DNA from: Squalus acanthias
Taxonomy: Eukaryota
Assembly (NCBI GenBank): GCA_030390025.1
Contig: CM059431.1
Location: 155,560,001 to 155,624,000, forward strand
Reading direction: 5' to 3'
Length of the DNA stretch: 64,000 nt
Part shown: piece after piece, positions 1 to 12,449 of the stretch
How the letters are laid out: the number at the start of each line of letters is the position of its first letter
How positions within the stretch are numbered: the first letter of the stretch is position 1
Notes under the pieces: model-generated
What the model was told of the DNA's origin: nothing
What the model saw: only the letters and a program-made list of their open reading frames with translations
Databases searched by the model: none
Program-made: the position numbers and the translations under genes

Positions 1-274
1 ATTGAAGAAAACAGGCCGATGAACCAGCAATTTCACTTGTTTACCGAAACACATTTGCGGTTTAAGTTTCAGTAATTGAATCTCGGAGCCTGATAATCAT
101 GAGTAGGAATATCCTGATCAAGGCAGAAGCTGTAACACATCAACTAGAGACTTTCTGCCGGAGAATATAATCATTGCTATTTTGTTCATAGGAAAATGAA
201 CCGTGACAGCAATTGTACACAATCATGGCAATAAGGATTGGATTAGCATAAGAACATAAGACATAAGAACAGAA

Positions 275-1742
275 GAAAATAAAACATAAGACGTAGAAGC
301 AGGAATAGGTCATTTGGCCCCTCGAGCCTGTACCGCCATTCAATAAGATCATGGATGATCTGATCTTGGCCTCAACTCCACTTCCCTGCCCGCTCCACAT
401 AACCCTTCACTCCCTTAACTTTCAAAAATCTGTCTATCTCCACCTTAAATATATTCAATTACTCAGCCTCCACAGCTCTTTGGGGAAGAGAATTCCAAAG
501 ATACACGACCCTCTGAGAGAGGAATTTCCTCCTCATTTCCGATTTAAAAGGGTGCCCCCTTATTCTGAAATAATGCCCCCTTGTTCTAGATTCCCCCACG
601 AGGGGAAACATCCTCTCTGCCTCTACCCTTTCAAGCCCCTTCAGAATCTAATATGCTTCAATAAGATCCACATCATTCTTCTCAACTCCAATGAGTATAG
701 GCCTAACCTGCTTAACCTTTCTTCATAAGATAACTCCTTCATCACCGGAATCAACCTCTTGAACCTTCTCTGAACTGCCTCCAACGCAACTAATTTCTTC
801 CTTAAATAAGGAGACCAAAACTGTACGCAGTACTCCAGGAGTGGTCTCACCAACGCCCTGTGCAGTTGTAAGAGGACTTACCTACAATTATACTCCATTC
901 CGTTTGCAATAAAGGCCAACACTCCATTTGCCTTCCTAATTAATTGCTGTGCATGCATGCTAACTTTTAGTGATTCATGTACAAGGACCGCTTCCGGTCG
1001 GTCTGTTCCTCAGCATTTCGTAAACTCTCTCCATTTTAATAATAATGGGCTTTTTTATTTTTCCTACCAAAGTGGAAAACCTCGCATTTTCCCACATTAA
1101 TCTCCATCTGCCAAATTTTTGCCCACTCACTTGGCCTATTTATATCCCTTTGGAGATTATTTTCGTCCTCCACACACTTTTCTTTCCCACCTATCTTTGT
1201 ATCATCAGCAAATTTGGCTACATTATACTAGGTACCTTCATCCAACTCATTAATATAGATTGTAACCAGTTGAGGCCCCAGCACTGATACCTGAGGCACA
1301 CCGCTTGCTAAAGTTTGACAAACTGAAAATGGCCCATTTATCCCGAATCTCTATTTTCTGTTTGTTAGCCAATCCATGCTAATATATTACCTCAAGCTCT
1401 GATTTTGTGTAGTGGCAACTTTCTGGTAATCCAAATACACGACATCTACTGGTTCCCCTTTATCCACCCTGCTCGTTACTTCCTCAAAGAACTGCAGCGA
1501 ATTTGTCAAACATGATTTCCCTTTCATAAACCATGCTGACTCTGCTTGATTATATTGTGATTTTCTAAATGTCCTGCTATCACTTCCTTAATGACGGATT
1601 CCAACATTTTCCCATTGACCGATATTAGGCTAACTGATCGAAAGTTGCCTGCTTACTGTCTCCCTCCTTTCTTAAATAGGGGCGTTACATTTGCGGATTT
1701 CCAGTCCGCTGGGACCTCTACAGAACCAGGGAAATTTGGTCG
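275..1742 (-). mobile_element. 5'-truncated CR1 LINE (RT C-terminus and 3' UTR)
   Basis: Minus-strand ORF 641-853 VRPLLEYCVQFWSPYLRK is typical CR1 ORF2. A (CATAAGAA)n-type tail lies at the left end. Absent from duplication copy 2. Confidence 0.93.
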
Positions 1743-2430
1743 GAAATGGGAGTAGCAGTAGCCCATTTGGCACTTCGTGCCTGTTTCGCCATTCAATGAG
1801 ATCATGGCAGATCTTGCACCTCATCGCCACTTTCCTGCACTATCCCCATATCCCTTGATTCCCTTAATATAAAGGGCCTCATACCGAGATTACCAGGACC
1901 GGGATTCGAATGTAGTTAATTTGCACAGAGATGGAATCTGGACAAAGAAGCAGCTAGATATCGACATTTAAGATAATTCAAAACAGTTAAAGTTTCAGTT
2001 TTCTGAGATTACTGTGCCCTTCGATCTGGTGTTGAATCTAAGAAAGTAACAGCGATCTTTGTTCGCTGCTATCTGTGGCATTTTATATTCCGATAATATA
2101 GTAGTTTTATGATGAACAATAAAATCTTGTGGAGGACACGGAGCTGATTCCTGCAACTGAACACAATTTCTCTGCGGGGTCTTCTGAACTGCAGATGGAA
2201 GGTCCGGGGGACATTTAATAATTGTTAACACACCAAGCATTAATGACTTCGGTTAAAGGATCAGTAACTCACCAGAACAGTTCAACATGAATGAGACCGT
2301 GTTTAATTCAGATCAGGCCCTGCACCAGAGATCAGGGTGGGGAGAGATTGTACTGATCAGGGCTGAAGGTCGTGCTTATAACGGTGATATGTAACTGATA
2401 TTTACCCAGGGTGTATACATTAACATGCAG

Positions 2431-2490
2431 AACATACAACGTTATCTTATCCGGATTCTCTGGAACCAGAATCAGGAGCCGCAGCAAAAG
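2431..2490 (+). other. Candidate 60-nt phase 1-1 mini-exon (HTTLSYPDSLEPESGAAAK)
   Basis: Bounded by catgcag| and a strong AAG|gtaagg donor, and open in phase 1. The polypyrimidine tract is weak. An alternative reading starts at ATG 2425 (MQNIQRY...QQK, phase 0). Confidence 0.35.
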
Positions 2491-4049
2491 GTAAGGACCG
2501 GAATATACTGTGCACCATTATAGTGTTTTAATGTATTTGAATAGTTGCAGTATCCATCATGGATCAAGTAAGAAAATATTGTTTTTTCAGAAATGGTTTT
2601 ACTGGAAGTAGCGCCATTTAACAAAATAAAACTTCAAAATGTAAACTCGTACCCTAAAATTATATTGGTGTAAATCGTTTATCAATATTTTGTATCGGTT
2701 ACGACACGGCTATGATCAAAAAGTTAGAAGTTGATATTCTTCAACATAAATCACAACCAGTTTCTATAACCGAAATCTTAGATACCAGCCATGGGCGGTT
2801 AACTTTCAATCAACCCGTATTGACCTCAGGATTCTAGAGCTCCTTGTGCCAAACGAATCAAATGACGCCTTGTTTTCGAGGAAAGTTATGATCACATTTC
2901 CTCTGTCATTTAACTCTTGCACCTGTAAACATGTCAGGATCGAGGAGTTGAGGCATTACCCGAAATTCGCGTCGTTGCGCAGGTGATTGTTAAGTGAGTG
3001 CGGCTTGATCACTCTATTTATGAGTCGCTCCATCGCTCTGCTGATCATTGAGAGTTGACTGATAGGAGGTTAATTGTTTGGAGTCAGTGTGTCCTTAATT
3101 TCAAGTATAGGATATTACTGGTCATCAAAAATATATCCCTCAAGAGTAAAAATTCCACTTGTGCAGTCAAATAACCATGATAAACATTTGAGTTAAGATG
3201 CAGTATAAAACTAATGTCAGGGACTTGCACAAATAGCAGAAGACTGTCAAAAATATAGAAAGAAACTAAGGGACACAAAGAAAAAAATAAAATCTGCTGG
3301 AATGGAAGACGAAAAAAAATTCCAAGCGATATAACGGCTAATAAATAAATCATGTAAAACATATCAAGTGTAAGACAGTGGCTGATGGAGATGTGCACAT
3401 ATTAATGACAGACACAGGTGATACGGAAATAGTTAACAGGGTGATAGCCGGTTATTTTTTTAAAGTACTTTTTATAGGTTTACACAGCAGAGGAAGATGA
3501 CAAAATACCAATGATAGAAGGGAAACTAAAAAAAATCAAGGCGAGGAACTTACTGTATTCCAAATATTAAAAATTGTAATGGGGGAAATAAATGGAGTTA
3601 GGATAGATACATCTCCAGGACGTCACACTTTCCACCATAAGGTATTAAAATAAGCAGGGGTGGGAATTATACAAACGTTATGTGGATTTACAAAAGGCAT
3701 TTCGTGCCTTTCCAATCAACAGATGGCCATACTCTTAATGTCCTTCAGTAAAAAGAGAGTTACTGATAATAAGGCAGCATATCAAATTATATAGTCAAGT
3801 GCGATTCCCGTTACCACGAAATCTTCCTTAATGATTCAATTTCCAAAGAAGAGCAACTGTATTTGTCCGCAGCAGAATTTAAAAATATATATTCTGAAGT
3901 GATAAACTGGTATATTTTTACGCATTGGCTACAGTCTGGCAGAATACTTGCACATATTTGAAAGTTACCTGAAACGAGCACCTGTTGTGCTGAAAACAAG
4001 TGATTGGAAGTGAGTGGTAGTGACTCGCAGGATTCAGTCTAGTGCCACT

Positions 4050-4720
4050 TATATTTTTATTACTAGTTTGAATATAAATCTTAGTCAATATTTGCAATTG
4101 TTGTAATAATTAAGTATTTATATATTTCCTAACGTGATATATAGTTACTATTTAGGAAATTGAAAATATAGGGGATGTGCTAAAAATGACATTTGAAATC
4201 AATGCAGTGTTAGGTGATACATACTTGTAAAATATCAGCTGCAATCGCACACTAAATGGAGGTAGATTCGGTGCTGTGGCGGAGCAGAGTGACGTAGAGG
4301 ATACACGTTCACGTGACATAAAATGCAGCACCTCAGGTTGATAAGGCCGTGGAAAATGCAATGGTAGTCTAGGTTTAATTTCATGTTTTATGGAATAAAT
4401 AATTTGAGATAGTAACGTATTTAAATAAACACTTAGTAAGACCTCGATTGGAGTAGACTGTGCTCCATCAAGCTATAGTCTTCAGGGAGGATATTCAGCT
4501 CTACGGAGCGTTACATCAGATTGACTGGTATGCTGCCTGGTATCAGCTAAACAGATACAAATGAAGACTTGGAAAGCTAATTTTTTCATGATAATCGCAC
4601 ATATTAGGAGTGATAAGATAGATGTGTTTAAAATTATGAACGGTTGAGACAAGATAGATAGAAGCAGGCTATTTTCAGCAGTTGAGGTATCACGAACAAA
4701 GGAGACAATGAATTTAACGG
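4050..4720 (+). mobile_element. Old degenerate CR1 ORF2 3' fragment
   Basis: Decayed CR1 RT-region sequence (ttagtaagacctcgattggagta; gatgtgtttaaaattatgaacggtt). Confidence 0.65.
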
Positions 4721-4809
4721 TCAGATTTTCAAAGTCTCACAATGAATTGAAGCCGCTCCCAAACAGTTCAAATAAAGATTCAATCCAAAGGTGAAATTAC
4801 AACACCACA

Positions 4810-7000
4810 ATTGAAGAAAACAGTCCGACGAAGCAGCAAATTGACTTGTTTACCGAAACACATTTGCTGATTAAGTTCCAGTACTTGAAACTCGGAGCCT
4901 GATAATCATGGGTGGGAACATCCTGTTCAAGGCCGAGGCTGTAACACATCAACTGGGGACTTACTGCCTGAGAATATAATCATTGCTGTTTTGTTAATAA
5001 GAAATTAACCCGTGACGGCAATTGTACACATTCATGGCAATAAGGATTAGATTAGCATAAGAACATAAAACATAAGAAATAGGAGTATGAGTAGGCAATT
5101 TGGCCCTTCGCGACTGTTCCGCCATTCAATAAGATAATGGCTGATCTTTTACCTCATCGCCAATTTCTTGCATTATCCGCATATCCCTTGATTAACCTTA
5201 ATATAAAGGTCCTCATACAGGGATTCGAATGTAGTTCATTAACATAGAGTTAGAATCTGGGCAAAGAAACAGCTAGTGATCGAAAGATAAGATGTTTACA
5301 AGCACTTAAAGTTTCAGTTTTGTGAGATTACTGTTACCTTCCATCTGGTGTTGAAACTAAGAAACTAACAGCGATCTTTGCCCGTTGCTATCAGTATTTT
5401 ATATTCAGGTAATAAAGTAGTTTTACGGTGATCAATAACATCGAGGTAAGGACACGGAACTGATTCCTGCAACCGAACACAATTTCTCTGTGGGGTCTTT
5501 TGAACTGCAGATGGAAGAGCCGGGGGAAATTTAATATTTTTTTGAACACCAAGAATTAATGACTTTGGTTAAAGGATCAGTAATTCACCGGAACAGTTTA
5601 ACCTGAATGAGATCGTGTTTGATTCAGCTCAAGCCCTGCACCAGAGATCAGGGCGGGGAGAGTTTGTACTGATCAGACTGAAGGTCGTGCTTATGACGGT
5701 GATGTGTAACTGATCTTTACCCAGTGTATAATCATTAACCTGCAGAACTCACAGCGCTCACTTACCCAGACTATCTGAAAACAGAGCAAGGAGCCGTGGA
5801 CCAGGTAAGGACCCGCAACATTCTGAGCATCTTTATTGTGTCTTATTGTATTTAAAACGTTGTCGTATCCATCATGGATCAAGTAAGAAAAGATTGTTTT
5901 TTCAGAATTTTAATTTACTGGAAGGAGCGCCATTTAACAGAATAAAACTTCAAAATGTAAACTTATTCCCTAAAATTATATTGCTGTAAATAGTATTTTT
6001 TCTCGTTTATGACACGGCGATGAACAAAAAGTTAGAAGTTGATATTCTTCAACATAAATCACAACCAGTAACCATCACCGAAATCTAGATACCAGCCATG
6101 GGCGGGTAACTTTCATTGAACCCGTTTTGACCTCAGGATTCTCGAGCTCCTTGTGCCAAACGAATCAAATGACGCTTTGTTGTCGAGGAGAGTTACGGTC
6201 ACTTTCCCTCTGTCATTTAACTCTTGCACCTGTGAACAAATCAGGATCGAGGAGTTCAGGCATTGCCGGAAGTTCCCGTCGGTGAGCAGGTGATTAATAA
6301 GTGAGTGCGGCTTGATCATTCTTTATATGAGTCACTCCATCGCTCTGCTGATCATTGAGAGTTGACTGATAGGAGTATAATTGGTTGGAGTCAAGTGTGT
6401 CCTTAATTTTGCGGGTAGGATATAGCTGGTCATCCAAAATATATCCCTCAAGAGCAAAAATTCCACTTGTGCAGTCAAATAACCATGGTAAGCTTGTGAG
6501 TTAGGGAATTACACAAATACCACAAGACTGTGAAAATTATAGAAAGCAACTAAGGTACGTGAAGAAAATATTACGAGCTGCAGGAATGGGACACGAAAAC
6601 AATTTCCAATTAATATAACGGCTAATAATAAATAATGTATGAATATATTAAGTGTGAGACAGTGGCTGATGGAGATGTGCACATATCAATGACAGACACC
6701 GGTAATACAGAAATAGTTAACAGTTAACAAGGTAACAGCAGATTTATTCAAAAAAGTACTTTTTATTGGTTTTCACAGCAGAGGAAAATGACACAATACT
6801 AGTGATAGAAGGGAAACTAAAAATAAATCAAGGAGAGGAACTTACTGTATTCCAAATATAAAAAATGGTAATGGAGGAAATAAATTGACTTAGGATAGAT
6901 ACATCTCCAGGACCTGATAGCTTCCAACATAGGGTATTAAAATTAGCAGGGGTGGGGGGGGGGAATTGTACAAGCGTTATGTCGATTTTCAGGAAGCATT
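4810..7000. repeat. Tandem segmental duplication unit, copy 2
   Basis: Colinear with 1-3700 minus the CR1 insertion; roughly 85-90% identical by eye. Confidence 0.92.
5746..5804 (+). other. Paralog of the candidate mini-exon (59 nt, LTALTYPDYLKTEQGAVDQ)
   Basis: cctgcag| ... CAG|gtaagg at the equivalent position; 1 nt shorter than copy 1. Confidence 0.3.
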
Positions 7001-7361
7001 CGTTAAGGATCAACACGTTAAACTATCAACGTTATAACAGATTTATTGAAAAAGTAAGTTGTATTGGTTTTCATAGTAGAGAAAGAGGACAAATTTCCAG
7101 TTAAAAAAGAAGGGTACCTAAAATAAGTCAATGGTTACACACAAAAGATGATTGGCAAAAAGAGAGGGCTTGGCATTTGAGGCATCTTTTTGAATTGGGT
7201 TAGAAATGGTTGACAAGGTATGAGGCAGAGTGGGAATAAAGGGTCGGCACTGAGATTGACAGTTTGTATAATCTTGGATTGTATTCCCTTGTGTATAGAA
7301 GTGTGAGGGTGATCTTCTGGAGACGTGTAAAATGTTGAAATGATTAAATAGTGTTTCATTC

Positions 7362-8318
7362 TTGGACACACGAATCTCCATCAAAGACGGACGCCTCAGC
7401 ACTTCACTCTACCGCAAGCCCACGGACAACCTCACGATGCTCCACTTCTCCAGCTTCCACCCTAACCACGTTAAAGAAGCCATCCCCAATGGACAAGCCC
7501 TGCGAATACACAGGATCTGCTCAGACGAGGAGGAACGCGATGGACACCTACGGACACTGAAAGACGCTCTCGTAAGAACGGGATATGACGCTCGACTCGT
7601 CGATCGACAGTTCCGACGGGCCACAGCGAAAAACCGCATAGACCTCCTCAGAAGACGAACACGGGACACAACCAACAGAGTACCCTACGTCGTCCAGTAC
7701 TTCCCCGGAGCGGAAAAACTACGCCATGTTCTTCGCAGCCTTCAACATGTCATCGATGACGACGAACACCTTGCTAAGGCCATCCCCACGCCTCCACTAC
7801 TCGCCTTCAAGCAGCCGCCTAACCTCAAAAGTACCATCGTTCGCAGCAGATTACCCATCTTTCAGGAGAACAGCAACCAAGACACCACACAACCCTGCCA
7901 CGGCAACCTCTGCAAGACATGCCAAATCATGGACACAGATACCATCATTACACGTGAGGACACTACCCACCAGGTACACGGTACATACTCATGTGACTCG
8001 GCCAACGTTGTCTACCTGATACGTTGCAGTAAAGGATGCTCCAGAGCATGGTACATCGGCGAGACCATGCAGACACTGAGACAACGTATGAACGGACACC
8101 GCGCAACAATCGCCAGGCAGGAGGGTTGCCTCCCAGTCGGGGAACACTTCAGCAGCCAGGGGCATTCAGCCTCGGATCTGCGGGAAAGCGTTCTCCAAGG
8201 CGGCCTTCGAGATACACGACAGCGCAAAATCATAGAGCAGAAACTGGTAGCCAAGTTCCGCACTCATGAGGATGGCCTCAATCGCGATATCGGGTTCATG
8301 TCACGATACAGAACGTGA
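7362..8318 (+). CDS. Penelope-like ORF C-terminus: end of RT, linker and GIY-YIG endonuclease (partial)
   Basis: Uninterrupted 318 codons with FLD..LYRKPTD, HP, CxxxxCKTC, NVVYLIRC..C...YIGET...LRQRMNGH, HF, GLN motifs. Confidence 0.93.
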   Translation: MDTRISIKDGRLSTSLYRKPTDNLTMLHFSSFHPNHVKEAIPNGQALRIHRICSDEEERDGHLRTLKDALVRTGYDARLVDRQFRRATAKNRIDLLRRRTRDTTNRVPYVVQYFPGAEKLRHVLRSLQHVIDDDEHLAKAIPTPPLLAFKQPPNLKSTIVRSRLPIFQENSNQDTTQPCHGNLCKTCQIMDTDTIITREDTTHQVHGTYSCDSANVVYLIRCSKGCSRAWYIGETMQTLRQRMNGHRATIARQEGCLPVGEHFSSQGHSASDLRESVLQGGLRDTRQRKIIEQKLVAKFRTHEDGLNRDIGFMSRYRT

Positions 8319-8547
8319 CTTGACATCATGGCCGGTCTTCCCAGGTGTTTTTTTTGTTTTTTTTTTTTTGTTTTTTTTTAACAAGAACACAAATTGACAG
8401 GATATGCAGCCAGCAGGTAGTTTGACACGTTGGACCCCCTGGGACACATCTCATTGTCTTGGCTGTGCTCTTTGTTCTAGCGAATAATGTGAATAGATTT
8501 TGTCTAGGTTTAAATTGTGAATTCTGGGAGATTCTCTCATTGCTAAC

Positions 8548-8585
8548 TTACCTGACGAAGGAGCGACAGCTCCGAAAGCTTGTAA
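8548..8585 (+). ncRNA. Minimal type I hammerhead ribozyme in the Penelope pLTR
   Basis: TTAC-CTGACGA-A-GGAGC-gaca-GCTCC-GAAA-GC-TT-GTAA. Core boxes, stem I TTAC/GTAA, stem II GGAGC/GCTCC, and palindromic AAGCTT in place of a stable stem III. Confidence 0.75.
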
Positions 8586-8821
8586 AATTAAATAAATCTG
8601 TTGGACTATAACCTGGTGTTGTGCGACTTCTCATTTTTGTCCACCCCAGTCCAACGCCGGCATCTCCACATCATTAAATAGTGTAGATAGAGATAAACTA
8701 TTTCCTCTGATGGTGGAGTCAATAAGGAGGATAAATAACTGAACCTTAGAAAGTGGCCCTAAACCAGTGACAACACAAAATATGCAAAATTCCACAAGCG
8801 GAACTTTTAACATTAATACAA

Positions 8822-9049
8822 ATGCAAAATACTGCGGATTCTGGAAATCTGAAATAAAAACAGAAAATGTTGGAAATACTCAACCGGTCAGGCAGCATCT
8901 GTCAAGAGAGAAATAGACTTAACGTTGCAGGTCGATGACCCTTTGTCAGAGCTGCCGAAGGGTCATCGACCTGAAACGTTAACTCTGTTTCTCTCTCCGG
9001 AGATGCTGCCTGACCTGCAGAGTATTTCCAGTATTTTCTGTTTTTATTT
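8822..9049. mobile_element. Inverted pair of Penelope-type pLTR fragments (~200-bp palindrome)
   Basis: Arms ~8852-8950 and ~8951-9049 are near reverse complements. Each arm has a decayed CTGAnGAAGGGTC-atc-GACCT-GAAACGTT hammerhead-like motif. Confidence 0.8.
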
Positions 9050-9877
9050 TTCACATGAAGTTGGGTGACTAAGCAAAAAAGAATATTGAAGAGAAACATT
9101 ATCTGACACATCATTGTATGCAACGTTTCTCGAGTCTATTACTGCATTCGGTGATGGCAACATGACTTGTGCTGTGCAGGTAATGTTGGATTATGCGCAC
9201 ATTTACTGTGACTCTGGTATATGCAGAAAAGATTTGATGTAACCCTTGTGGTGCATGGCGAATCGGACTAGCAGCAGGATGGGGCAGGAAGCAGAGAAGG
9301 TAATCAGACACGGTGCAGATAGAAAGGAAGGGAGGGGGAATTCAGTTATACAGCAGGAAGGTGAATGAATGTGAAGAAGATCGAGCTCGGAGCAGAAGAA
9401 AATGTAGGGAAAAGGGGCCAAATAGGATTATAGCAGGTGGGGAAGGAATAATGGCTGCGAAGAGAGTTATGGGTAGAGAAAGACTGCAGAACTGCAAGCG
9501 TTTACAGATGCAGAGGGACATTCAACCATGGAGCAGGTGGGATGGAGTGTGCATCTGGGGCAGGGAAGTTACGACCGATTCAAACATAGAGCTGATGGGA
9601 ATAGAAACAGGGGAGAAACAGATATGGAACCGACGGCAGGAAAAGGTAGGAATTTCAGACACGAAGCAGGGGCAGACATAATCAGTTTGGGAGTGGCAAG
9701 ACAGAGGAGCAGGAAGCAAAATGTGACAAGGAGGAGACACAAGAGGCAGAATGACATGTTAATGTGTATATTAAATGCAAATGCTAATTTGGTGATTATT
9801 TGAATGGTCAGAGTTTCTCAGGAACGCAATAAATTGAACCCGCTACCTAACTGTTAAATGAAAGATTAAATAAAAAT

Positions 9878-10080
9878 GTGAAATTACATCACCACCACTT
9901 AAAGTTAACAGGCCTACGAAGCTGCAATTTGTACTCTTTACCCCACGCATTTGCTGATTCAGTTCCAGTACGTGAAACCTGCAGTTTGATACTCATGGGT
10001 GTGAGAATTCTGATCAAGGTCCAGACTGCTACTCATTAACTGGAGACTATATGCCAGAGATTGTAGTCCGTGATCATTGT
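9878..10080. repeat. Third, more diverged partial copy of the start of the duplication unit
   Basis: gtgaaattacatcaccacc...catttgctgattcagttccagtacgtgaaac aligns with ~4791-4990. Confidence 0.7.
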
Positions 10081-10221
10081 CCCTTGCTATCTCTGGCCTT
10101 TCACAGTCCGATGATAAAGAAGTTTTACATGTTGCACTCTAAGTACAGTTTCTTCTTCATATTATTCAGTAATTCAAAAATTATGCATACACGCCATGTT
10201 TTTTAACAGGAGAAATACGTA

Positions 10222-11965
10222 GTCATAGTCATAGAGTTATACAGCACAGAAAGAGGCCCTTCGGCTCATCGTGTCCGCTACGGCCATCAAGCCCTGTCTA
10301 TTCGAAGCCCATTTTCCAGCACTTGGTCCATAGCCTTGTATGCTATGGCGTTTCTAGTGCTCATCTAAATACTTGTTGAATGTTGTGAGGGTTCCTGCCT
10401 CTACCACCCTTTCAGGCAGTGAGTTCCAGATTCCAACCACCCTCTGGGTGAAAAAGATTTTCCTCACATCCCCTCTGAACCTCCTTCCCCTTACCTTGAA
10501 ACTATGCCCACTGGTTATGAACTCATCTACTTAGGGGAAAAGATCCGTTCTATCTGCCCTATCTATGCCCCTCATAATTTTGTACACCTCAATCAGGTCG
10601 CCCCTCAGCCTTCTCTGCTCTAAGGAAAAAAAACAGCTTATCCAGTATATCTACATAGCTGAAGCGATCCAGCCCATGTAACATCCCGGTGAGTCTGCTG
10701 TGCACCCTTTCCAACGCAGTCACACCCCTCCTATAGTGTGGCGAACAGAACTGCACACAGTATTCCAGCTGTGACCTAACTAGCGTTTTGTACAGCTCCA
10801 TCATAACCTGCCTGCTCTTATATTCTATGCCTCGGCTAATGAAGGCAGTTATCACATATTCCATTTTAACCAACTTATCTACCTGTCCTGATGCCTTCTG
10901 GGATCTATGTACATGCACACCAATGTCCCTCTGATCATTTGTCCTTCCTAGAATCCTACCATTCATTGTGTATTCCATTGGCTTGTTAGTCACCTCACAC
11001 TTCAAATGTTTAAATTCCATTTGCCACTGTTCTGCCCATCTAACCATCCCGTCTATATCGTCCTGTAGCCTGAGGATTCCCTCCTCACTATTTAACACTC
11101 CACCAATTTTCGTGTCATCTGCAAACTTACTGATCATACCTGCTACATTTATATCTAAATCATTAATGTATACTACAAACAGAAAAGGACCCAGCACCGA
11201 TCCCTGCGGTACAACACTGGACACAGGTTTCCAGTCACAAAAAAAACCTTCGACCATCACCCTCTGCCTCCTGCCACTAAGCCAAATTTGGATCCAATGT
11301 GCCAAATAGCCCTGGATCCCATGGGCTCTTACCTTCTTGACCAGTCTCCCATGTCGTATTTGTCAAAAGTCTTACTGAAGTCCATGTAGACTACATCAAC
11401 TGCACTACCCTCATCCACATACCTAGTCACTCCCTCGAAAAAATCAATCAAATTGGTCAGGCATGATCTCCCCCTGACAAAGCCATGCTGACTATTCTTG
11501 ATTAATCCCTGCCTCTCAAAGTGGAGACTAATTCAGTCCCACAGAATTATTTCCAATAATTTTTCTACCACTGATGTTAGGCTCACTGACCTGGTTTATC
11601 CCTACTACACTTCTTGAACCATGGTAAGACGTTAGCTGTTCTCCAGTCCTCTGGGACGTTCCCTGTGGCCAGAGTGTTTCAGAAAATGTGTGTCAGAGCC
11701 CCTGCAATCTACTCCCTTGCCTCACACAGCAGCCGGGATGCATCCCTTCAGGGCCTGAGGATTTAGCCACTTTTAAGCCTGCTAAAACCGCTAGTACCTC
11801 CTCCCTCTCATTACTAATTTGTTCAAGTATATCACAATCCCCCTGCCTGATTTATATGCCTACATCAACCTTCTCCATAAAGAACACAGATGCAAAATAT
11901 TAATTTAAACCCCCTCCCACATCTTCCGGCTGTACACACAGTTTGCCACTTTCGTCCCTAATAGA
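10222..11965 (-). mobile_element. 5'-truncated CR1 LINE
   Basis: ORF 10589-11305 has VPQGSVLGP and KFADDTK RT motifs; (CATAGT)n-like tail at the left end. Confidence 0.95.
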
Positions 11966-12449
11966 CATTCATAGACAATACCAAAATGGTGGTGGTTGAC
12001 TTTGATTGTGGACACATACCAATTTAGCAATTGAGTAACTGAAAGTAGCTGCTGTCATCAAACGCATTCCCCTTCATGAATGGCAAGTCAGCAGATTGGA
12101 AATCGGGGCTGCTGCAGGATTCTACGTGCGGTCGCAACAATGATTAAAAAGTGGCACAGCTACCTCACAACATTTGCTCAATATTTTTATAAATATATAA
12201 GTACTAATGCCACAGAATTTTTCCGATAATATCAACATATTTCTCATCAGGACCTCTATATCTCTTTCATTTCACATACAAATCGGTGTGAAATAAGATG
12301 TCGGCAGGGACGTAAATCGGCCTCTATCGCACCTGCCATCCCGGAAATGCAATTCTTTTGAATTGAATGGAACTGTATGTCGGCTGAAGCTAGAACAGGC
12401 GGCCTATGGGATATCAGCTATTTCCGGCACTGCCTAAGTCGAATTTCAC

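Larger units (their letters stand above)
1..3700. repeat. Tandem segmental duplication unit, copy 1 (starts before the window)
   Basis: Position 1 attgaagaaaacaggccgatgaaccagcaa matches 4810 attgaagaaaacagtccgacgaagcagcaa. Colinear similarity runs to ~3700 / ~7000, except for a CR1 insertion present only in copy 1. Confidence 0.92.
7355..8672 (+). mobile_element. 5'-truncated Penelope-like retroelement with 3' pseudo-LTR
   Basis: Perfect 12-bp TSD ATTAAATAGTGT at 7343-7354 and 8673-8684. Contains an RT-thumb/GIY-YIG ORF and is inserted in an old CR1 fragment. Confidence 0.95.

Noticed and set aside
1991..2003. ISRE-like AGTTTCAGTTTT, also present at ~5310
   Set aside because: A short motif expected by chance; its recurrence is explained by the duplication, and there is no other promoter evidence.
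9300..9760. Purine-rich stretch with several overlapping ORFs
   Set aside because: Low-complexity GA-rich sequence with no domain or splice support.
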